A stretch of DNA of 64,000 nucleotides from Candidatus Saccharimonadota bacterium (GTDB lineage: Bacteria > Patescibacteriota > Saccharimonadia > Saccharimonadales > Saccharimonadaceae). Positions 38,570 through 45,081 of the stretch are shown here, one piece after another. The position numbers were made by a program, and so were the translations under genes. The stretch covers positions 2,594-66,593 of the forward strand of contig JAFRLS010000036.1 in the NCBI GenBank assembly GCA_017431105.1. The letters are read 5' to 3'. The notes under the pieces were generated by a model. The model saw only the letters and a program-made list of their open reading frames with translations. It was not told the DNA's origin and did not search any database. How positions within the stretch are numbered: position 1 is the stretch's first letter; each line of letters begins with the position of its first letter.

Positions 38570-39331
38570 ATGTTGGTACCAAAAGGAATTGCTGATACGG
38601 TGGTGGAGGCGGGTAAGAAAAAAGCGAAGCTCTCGGCTTTTAAGATGATTTTGTTGGGCGTTTTCGCTGGGATGTTTATTGCATTAGCTGGGGTGGGCGC
38701 AACGCTCGGTAATACTTATGGTGGGAAAATTGCGGGGGCCTGTATTTTTCCGGCTGGTCTCGCGATGGTAGTGGTAGCAGGGAGCGAACTTTTCACTGGT
38801 AATAACTTGATGATAACGGCGCTTTTTAAGAAGAAAATTAGATTGAAAGAACTTTTGAAAAATTGGGCGCTGGTTTTTCTTGGTAATTTTATAGGTGCTA
38901 TATTAGTAGCATTTTTGGCTGTGATAAGTGGCGTATTAGATGGCGCGAGCGATGCGGTAATAGCAACTGCCGCGAATAAATTTGACTTAAGTTTTATTGA
39001 AGCATTTGTGCGGGGGATTTTGTGTAATTTTCTAGTTTGCATTGCGGTATGGATGGCCTTTGGAGCAGAAACTGTGACTGGCAAAATCGTGGCAGTCTTT
39101 TTCCCGATTATGCTGTTTGTGTTGTGCGGATTTGAACACTCGGTAGCAGATATGTTTTATGGCCCGGCGGGTATTTTTATGGCGGTGAGAAATGGGGTCG
39201 ATATGGAAGGGTTGAATTTTGGTGCGTTTTTGTTCCAAAATTTGTTGCCGGTGACACTTGGTAATATCGTGGGTGGTGCTGGCTTAGTGGGTGGGGGATA
39301 TTATCTAGCTTATTTAAAGAACAAAAAATAG
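38570..39331 (+). CDS. Formate/nitrite transporter family channel
   Basis: GSELFTGN, GILCNFLVC, GFEHSVADM and TLGNIVGG motifs; SD GGAGG. Confidence 0.92.
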   Translation: MLVPKGIADTVVEAGKKKAKLSAFKMILLGVFAGMFIALAGVGATLGNTYGGKIAGACIFPAGLAMVVVAGSELFTGNNLMITALFKKKIRLKELLKNWALVFLGNFIGAILVAFLAVISGVLDGASDAVIATAANKFDLSFIEAFVRGILCNFLVCIAVWMAFGAETVTGKIVAVFFPIMLFVLCGFEHSVADMFYGPAGIFMAVRNGVDMEGLNFGAFLFQNLLPVTLGNIVGGAGLVGGGYYLAYLKNKK

Positions 39332-39345
39332 GCCGTAGGCCTATC

Positions 39346-39422
39346 TGGTGGGCGACAGAGGAGTCGAACCTCTGACCTTGTCTACGTCAAAGACACGCTC
39401 TAGCCAACTGAGCTAGCCGCCC
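39346..39422 (-). tRNA. tRNA-Val(GAC)
   Basis: Reverse complement reads GGGCGGC...TGTCT-TTGACGT-AGACA...GGTTCGACTCC...GTCGCCC-A-CCA. Confidence 0.95.
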
Positions 39423-39490
39423 GTAGTTAAGGTTGGTGAGGACGCTCGTGCTTGCGCACTCGCTAGCTCACCAAGCTCACTTCGTTCGCT

Positions 39491-39567
39491 TGGTGAGTCG
39501 GGAGGGGCTCGAACCCTCGACACCGGGCTTAAAAGGCCCGTGCTCTAACCTGCTGAGCTACCGACCC
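39491..39567 (-). tRNA. tRNA-Lys(TTT)
   Basis: Reverse complement reads GGGTCGG...CGGGC-CTTTTAA-GCCCG...CCGACTC-A-CCA. Confidence 0.95.
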
Positions 39568-39583
39568 AATATGTAAAAATGCG

Positions 39584-39659
39584 TGGTGGTTCCGACTGGA
39601 CTTGAACCAGTGACACAAGGCTCTTCAGGCCTCTGCTCTACCAACTGAGCTACAGAACC
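39584..39659 (-). tRNA. tRNA-Phe(GAA)
   Basis: Reverse complement reads GGTTCTG...GAGGC-CTGAAGA-GCCTT...CGGAACC-A-CCA. Confidence 0.95.
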
Positions 39660-39699
39660 AATGCGTTTATTATAGCATACTTGTGGTATAATTGAAAGC

Positions 39700-40971
39700 A
39701 TGAAAAAGATTAATACTTCTCCAATTTCTGGTATGCAAGAATTTTTGCCAGACACACAAGCTACATTTGATAAACTTAAAGCTAAGATTGGTGAAGTTTA
39801 TCATCGTCACGGATTTTTAAATATTGAGACGCCAACAATTGATCGATTAGATATTCTTTTGGCGAAGGCTGGTGGTGATACAGAAAAACAGATTTATAAA
39901 GTCGTAAAAACGGCGGAGTCTAGTGATGATGCGGATCAGGGTCTGCGTTTTGATCACACAGTGCCGTTAGCGCGTTATGTAGTGGAACATGAAAACGATT
40001 TGACTTTTCCATTTAAAGTTTCGCAAATTGGGCGGAACTTCAGGGGTGAGAGGGCACAAAAGGGCAGATTTCGTGAGTTTTATCAATGCGATGTAGATGT
40101 GATTGGGCGCGAGTCGTTGTCTTCGCTTTATGATGCAGATGTAATCTCAACTTTGCTAGATGCGTACGACCAGTTTGAGTTGGATACGCCAGTGTTGGCG
40201 CGGATTAGTAATCGCAAAATTTTGACCGGTTTCTTAAGAGATTTGCAAGTGATAGAAAAGTCTGGCGAGATTTACAATATTATAGACCACTCCGAAAAAG
40301 TTGCGCCTGAAGAAACCAAAGGGGCTTTGGTTGAGCTTGGCCTTGCGGATGGAACGGTAGCTAAGATTTTGAAATTTATAGATTTGCACGGCAATCGAGA
40401 AGAAGTGGTAGGTGGGCTTAACGAATTTGCGGTTAAAGATGAAATGTTTACGGATGGCGTGTCTGAGCTCGAGCAAGTAATGAAATTATTAGAAGCTGAT
40501 GGTCTAGATAAAAAGATAGAAGCCGATATGAAAATAGTGCGGGGACTTGATTATTATACTGGTACGGTGTTTGAATTTTGTTTGCCGGAATACAAACAAA
40601 TTGGCTCGGTTGGCGGTGGTGGGCGCTACGATAATTTGGCTGGGTATTTTACGGAACAAAAGTTGCCTGGCGTGGGTGGTTCGATTGGACTTAGTAGATT
40701 ATTCTATATTTTAAGCGAGAATAATCTAGTTAAAGATCAGACTGATAAGCCAGTAGATTATGCAATAATCCCAATTTCGGATGAACAGATTGATTTTGCA
40801 TTGAAAGTAGCCAAGCGCTTGCGTGACGAAAAAAATAGCGTGACGGTAGTCTATATGGATAAAAAATTGGGTGATAAGTTAAACTATGCAGCCAAAATCG
40901 CTAAAAATGGCATCGTGATAGGCGAAGACGAAGTAGCTTCGGGCGAGTATAAAGTCAAGACTTTTAATTAA
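39700..40971 (+). CDS. hisS: Histidine--tRNA ligase
   Basis: LRFDHTVPLAR, RGERAQKGRFREFYQCD, RGLDYYTG and GGRYD motifs. Confidence 0.96.
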   Translation: MKKINTSPISGMQEFLPDTQATFDKLKAKIGEVYHRHGFLNIETPTIDRLDILLAKAGGDTEKQIYKVVKTAESSDDADQGLRFDHTVPLARYVVEHENDLTFPFKVSQIGRNFRGERAQKGRFREFYQCDVDVIGRESLSSLYDADVISTLLDAYDQFELDTPVLARISNRKILTGFLRDLQVIEKSGEIYNIIDHSEKVAPEETKGALVELGLADGTVAKILKFIDLHGNREEVVGGLNEFAVKDEMFTDGVSELEQVMKLLEADGLDKKIEADMKIVRGLDYYTGTVFEFCLPEYKQIGSVGGGGRYDNLAGYFTEQKLPGVGGSIGLSRLFYILSENNLVKDQTDKPVDYAIIPISDEQIDFALKVAKRLRDEKNSVTVVYMDKKLGDKLNYAAKIAKNGIVIGEDEVASGEYKVKTFN

Positions 40972-40996
40972 TTTAAGCTTTTGCTAAAATGGTGCT

Positions 40997-41620
40997 ATGA
41001 ATTGGAGGAAGTGGTGTGATGAGTTTTTGCTAGCTGGCAAGGGAATTTTGCTAGCGACGCGCGAAAAACGTTTTTGGATTGGTTTTGTTATATCGTTTTT
41101 GTTTTTTGGGATGTTGATGAATTTACTAAGTGGTGGGTTTTCAAAATTCGAGTTAATGGCGGCGACGGGCTTTTCTGGTAGTATGAAAATTTTAGCCGAT
41201 GCTTTGCTTGGGGTGTTTGGTTATAAAATGATAGTTTCAGAATGGTTGTCGGTGTTTGCGATTGCGGTTTTGCAGGGGACGTTAATTGGCTTAGTGGTTT
41301 TGTTGTGGCAGAAAAAGCGGGTGTCTAAAAACTCGGATACTTCGAATTCAGCCAATGTCGAGAAGGTGGGGATTATCACAGGTTTAATTGCCCTAGGTGC
41401 TGGTTGCCCAACTTGCGGAACGACTCTAATTACGCCGCTACTTGGCGCTATATTTTCGACTGGTGGACTAGCGGCAACTGGGGTGATTTCTGGTGTAGTG
41501 ACGGCACTTGCGATTATTATTGCAGTTTTATCTTTGAAACGAATTGGCGAGGAAACATATGTTATAATCGTGAATGAAAAGTATTTGAGGAAAAAGGAGG
41601 AGCGTGAAAAAGGCGCTTAG
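40997..41620 (+). CDS. Membrane protein with a GCPTCG (CxxC) motif
   Basis: 4-5 hydrophobic segments; ALGAGCPTCG lies within the membrane region; overlaps the next gene. Confidence 0.75.
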   Translation: MNWRKWCDEFLLAGKGILLATREKRFWIGFVISFLFFGMLMNLLSGGFSKFELMAATGFSGSMKILADALLGVFGYKMIVSEWLSVFAIAVLQGTLIGLVVLLWQKKRVSKNSDTSNSANVEKVGIITGLIALGAGCPTCGTTLITPLLGAIFSTGGLAATGVISGVVTALAIIIAVLSLKRIGEETYVIIVNEKYLRKKEEREKGA

Positions 41621-42302
41621 AATTATAGGGGTGATAGCGGTGGTGGTGGTTTTGTTTGCGGCAATTATAACCAGTATGACGCACAAGACACCGAATTCGG
41701 AAAAAGTCTGGGATAAAGATACGACCATCGGGAATATGGACGCCGAGAATTACTTTATTGTATACTCTGATATTGCTTGTCCGTATTGTATCGCCTTTGA
41801 AAACGCGATTATCGAGCATGAGGAGGAATTTAAGGAATATATTGAGAAAAATGACATTTTGTTTGAGATTAGATTATCTAATTTTTTATATAAATATGGG
41901 GAGTCGAGATCGATTGAATCATTGTATGGGGCAGAAGCGATTTTCTGTGCTAAAAATGAGGGTAAATTTTGGGATTACTATAATCTAGCAGTTCAAAAAG
42001 TCTGGAATGAATACTTTAAAGTTTCTGGTAAGGGGGCATTTTATGAATTTAATAAGCTAGGTAAGGATTACTGGATTGATATGGGTAAAGAGGTGGGCCT
42101 TGGTGATGATTTTGCTACCTGTGTCAACGAAGACCAAACAGAGGAGATAATATCAAAAAATGCCGCAAAAACTGCACAAATGGCGAATGGTTTGCCAGCT
42201 TTCAAATTCAATAGTTATGAGCCGGGTGGATTTGATTTGTCTTGGGGCTGGGATTACGTGTTAATGTACTTTGAAGCGGGTTTAAATTCTAAGCAAAAAT
42301 GA
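41604..42302 (+). CDS. Membrane-anchored DsbA/BdbD-like thiol-disulfide oxidoreductase
   Basis: N-terminal TM, IGNMDA..YSDIACPYC, EAIFCA..GKFWDY and GLPAF cis-Pro loop; SD GGAGGAG. Confidence 0.8.
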   Translation: MKKALRIIGVIAVVVVLFAAIITSMTHKTPNSEKVWDKDTTIGNMDAENYFIVYSDIACPYCIAFENAIIEHEEEFKEYIEKNDILFEIRLSNFLYKYGESRSIESLYGAEAIFCAKNEGKFWDYYNLAVQKVWNEYFKVSGKGAFYEFNKLGKDYWIDMGKEVGLGDDFATCVNEDQTEEIISKNAAKTAQMANGLPAFKFNSYEPGGFDLSWGWDYVLMYFEAGLNSKQK

Positions 42303-42856
42303 GAAATCCAGCTCTTTCGCAACATTTCTTGAAGTCACCAAGATTAGCTTTGATTCTGATTGGACATTCAAACTTAAAAAAGCGTGACTTAGTGGTAGAA
42401 ATTGGGGCGGGCTCTGGGGTGATTACGAGTGCGCTTTCGCATCGAGTAAGACAGGTGATTGCAGTGGAGCCGGATCATGCTACAGCTGAGAAATTGTGTG
42501 AAAATCTAAAAAAACGTGAGATTGAAAATGTAACGGTGATAGAGAAGGATTTTCTAGAGCTGGAGCTCCCAAGTGAACCGTATAAGGTGTTCTCAAACCC
42601 ACCATTTCATTTAAGTTCAGCAATTATACATAAATTAATAGAGTCAAATAATCCACCGGAGGCGTTTTATTTAATTTTACAGAAACAATTTGCTTTAAAA
42701 CTACTGAATACAGATCGGCATTATACGTCGCAATTGGGATTAAAATTAATCCAAGTCTATAATACTCGGATTAGACTACCCTTAAAACCAACCGATTTCA
42801 CGCCGCCTCCAGCGGTGCCAACAGTGTTATTTGAAGCAAAGAAAATAAACTTATAA
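42299..42856 (+). CDS. Erm/KsgA-family rRNA adenine N6-methyltransferase, catalytic domain only
   Basis: SQHFL, EIGAGSG, YKVFSNPPF and FTPPPAV motifs; ends without the C-terminal helical domain. Confidence 0.8.
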   Translation: MRNPALSQHFLKSPRLALILIGHSNLKKRDLVVEIGAGSGVITSALSHRVRQVIAVEPDHATAEKLCENLKKREIENVTVIEKDFLELELPSEPYKVFSNPPFHLSSAIIHKLIESNNPPEAFYLILQKQFALKLLNTDRHYTSQLGLKLIQVYNTRIRLPLKPTDFTPPPAVPTVLFEAKKINL

Positions 42857-42860
42857 TTTG

Positions 42861-42889
42861 ATTATAGCATAAGTATTATAAAAAGTCAA
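42861..42889 (-). promoter_or_regulatory. Consensus sigma70 promoter antisense to the Erm-like gene
   Basis: Minus strand reads TTGACT-17 bp-TATAAT with TG extension. Confidence 0.6.
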
Positions 42890-42942
42890 GATAAAAGTGT
42901 TCGGTTTTTGAGTTTTTCCTCTGTTATTTTATATAAAACCAT
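42886..42942 (-). CDS. Putative leaderless 18-aa peptide MVLYKITEEKLKNRTLLS
   Basis: TTGATT-16 bp-TATAAT (TG-extended), then 6 nt and ATG; the stop overlaps the next -35. Confidence 0.3.
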   Translation of the reverse strand: MVLYKITEEKLKNRTLLS

Positions 42943-43012
42943 AAGAATATTATACCACGAAAATTATAAAAATCAATGTTGACATGGAATTTGCCTATGC
43001 TAAAATAGAATT

Positions 43013-43164
43013 GTGTTCAGGCCGATCAACGTTGAGAGAGGCCGGAACGGGAAGAGTTTTATTGGGTGGAGATGTAGAGTGTAGAGTTGCGTTGGCTATA
43101 TTCCGTTTAACCGCCTAGAAATTAACCAGATTTAAAACCTTATCTCGCTAAGGTTTTATTTTTT
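43013..43164 (+). ncRNA. Candidate standalone structured ncRNA (~150 nt)
   Basis: Promoter TTGACA-16-TAAAAT (42979-43006), two G-U-rich hairpins, terminator at 43133-43164; no ORF seen. Confidence 0.55.
43133..43164 (+). terminator. Intrinsic terminator
   Basis: TAAAACCTTA-TCTCGC-TAAGGTTTTA followed by a T run. Confidence 0.75.
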
Positions 43165-43188
43165 GCTCTTCTGTGATATAATTAGCCC

Positions 43189-44274
43189 ATGAGACTTCCA
43201 AGGAATGTGGAAAGTATTCTTGTGGCCATAATTATTTTGGTCCTTAGTTTTGTTTCCGTTGTTTCGATTGGGCAGGCTAGGAATAATACCTTTGCAGAGA
43301 CTGAGGATTTTGTTTTTTCCGATACAGAAGATTATTTTGTGACTTTTTATGATAATGGCCAACGTTTGACGGTAAAAACAACCGCCATAACGGTGGGTGA
43401 AGCATTAGAGAGAGCGGGTATTGTGCTGAACGAGACGGATATCGTGGAACCCAAATTAGATGAGAAAATTAATAGCGACAACTTTTTCATCAATATTTAT
43501 CGTTCGCATCCGGCAGTGATTAAAGATGGTAAATTTGAAAAATATTTGATGACGGCGAGTTATGATGCACGGACTGTGGCTAAAGAAGCTGGGATTACAG
43601 TATATGACAGCGATGAGATAAAATTGGTGCAAAATAGGAATTTCTTAGAGGCGGGTGTGGCAATGGTATATGAAGTTACTCGTAATGGCGGTAGGACTTT
43701 GACCGAGGAAATTGAAATACCATTTGAAGAGGAAACCGTGAAAGATTATAACCTGGAGCCTGGTACTAGAGAGGTGCGACAATTTGGCGAAATAGGGACG
43801 AAATTGTTGACCTATGAGGTATTTTATGAAAATAACGTAGAAGTGACTAGGAAGTTAATTTCTGAGGAAGTAAAGCGTGAACCGGTGACGAGGATTGTAG
43901 CGGTGGGTGCGAGTGAAATTGAGCGTCATCCGTTGACGGCGGCGATGGGGCGAAATAGATATACTTTTAGGAGGGCTGATGGTGTAGTTATAGAGCGCCA
44001 AGAGACTTATTACGATCTTAACATGAGTGGAGTAATGTTAAATGCGGCGCGAACATGTGGCGTGGAAGCGTATTATGCAGTACGTGAAGATGGTGTAAAG
44101 GTTGACGCAGATGGTTATGTGTTGGTGGCGGCAAATTTGGATCTTTATCCTCGTTGTAGTGTGGTGGAGACTAGCCTTGGGCTTGGAAAGGTATATGATA
44201 CGGGAAGCTTTGCAGTCGATAACCCAGAACAGTTTGACATCGCGACGGATTGGACGAACCGAAATGGTCAATAA
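43189..44274 (+). CDS. YabE/RpfB-like cell-wall protein (DUF348, G5 and 3D-like domains)
   Basis: Signal/TM, TVGEALERAGI (DUF348), EIPFEEE..G..G (G5), VAAN..P..VYDTG..FDI; lies upstream of rsmA as in the yabE/rpfB-ksgA synteny. Confidence 0.8.
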   Translation: MRLPRNVESILVAIIILVLSFVSVVSIGQARNNTFAETEDFVFSDTEDYFVTFYDNGQRLTVKTTAITVGEALERAGIVLNETDIVEPKLDEKINSDNFFINIYRSHPAVIKDGKFEKYLMTASYDARTVAKEAGITVYDSDEIKLVQNRNFLEAGVAMVYEVTRNGGRTLTEEIEIPFEEETVKDYNLEPGTREVRQFGEIGTKLLTYEVFYENNVEVTRKLISEEVKREPVTRIVAVGASEIERHPLTAAMGRNRYTFRRADGVVIERQETYYDLNMSGVMLNAARTCGVEAYYAVREDGVKVDADGYVLVAANLDLYPRCSVVETSLGLGKVYDTGSFAVDNPEQFDIATDWTNRNGQ

Positions 44275-45004
44275 AGCGCTGGGGCAGCACTGGTTGAAAA
44301 ACCGGGAGATTTTAGATGAAATTGCAGTGGAGGCGGGTGAGGGTGGGCTTTGCATTGAAATTGGACCAGGGCTTGGGACTTTGACGAGTAGTCTATTAAA
44401 ACGTTTTGAAAAAGTTTTAGCAGCGGAATTTGACCAAAAATTAGCAAAAAATTTGCCAAAATCTTTTCCGGGCAAGAATTTGGAAGTCGTAAATGAAGAT
44501 TTTTTGAGGTTTGATTTAGAAAAAATAGAGCAACCATATGTGGTGGCTGGAAATATCCCGTATTATATTACGAGCCCGATCGTTGAAAAGGTGTTAATCG
44601 CAAAAAATCGGCCCACAAAGGTGGTACTTTTAATACAAAAGGAAGTAGCAGAGCGAATTGCGGATGAAAAAGAGACAGTTTTATCGTTATTTGTAAAAAA
44701 TCACGCTGATGTAAGATTGGGGCCAGTAGTAAAAAAAGAGGAGTTTACGCCGCCACCGAAGGTAGATAGTCAGGTAATTATTTTGGAGCCAAAAGAGCCC
44801 CTGGTGAGTGATAAAGTATTTAAAATGATTAAACTAGGTTTTGTGGCGCCAAGGAAGAAATTGATTCATAATCTAGAGCTCTTGGAGGCAAAAGAGAAAC
44901 TGTTGAGTATATTTGGTGAACTAAATATTAGCGTTGATGCCCGCCCGGGTGATCTTAGTATTGTAGATTGGAAAGAGCTTTGTAATAAGATTTGTGATAA
45001 ATAA
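44264..45004 (+). CDS. rsmA: 16S rRNA adenine dimethyltransferase
   Basis: KALGQHWL, EIGPGLG, GNIPYYITS, QKEVAER, PPKVDS and RKKL motifs; full length. Confidence 0.92.
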   Translation: MVNKALGQHWLKNREILDEIAVEAGEGGLCIEIGPGLGTLTSSLLKRFEKVLAAEFDQKLAKNLPKSFPGKNLEVVNEDFLRFDLEKIEQPYVVAGNIPYYITSPIVEKVLIAKNRPTKVVLLIQKEVAERIADEKETVLSLFVKNHADVRLGPVVKKEEFTPPPKVDSQVIILEPKEPLVSDKVFKMIKLGFVAPRKKLIHNLELLEAKEKLLSIFGELNISVDARPGDLSIVDWKELCNKICDK

Positions 45005-45081
45005 GCTTGACTTTTTTAAGCATATGGTTTATAAGTAGAACTGTAAAGGTTATACACACAAAAATATAAAAAGGTTAAGCT

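Noticed and set aside
39558-39755. 65-aa minus-strand ORF (and similar ORFs at 3195-3593 and 6141-6347)
   Set aside because: These overlap tRNA genes and are translation artefacts.
43013-43164. c-di-AMP (ydaO) riboswitch or SRP RNA
   Set aside because: The position before an Rpf/YabE-like gene and GGAACGGG..TTTT..GGGTG are suggestive, but the conserved 3' CCCG.CAGCTAAC.C.G.AGGC block and the SRP CAGG..GGAA..AGCAG motif are absent.
44102-44263. N-terminal extension of RsmA in the ORF track
   Set aside because: It overlaps the G5 gene; homology starts at ATG 44264.
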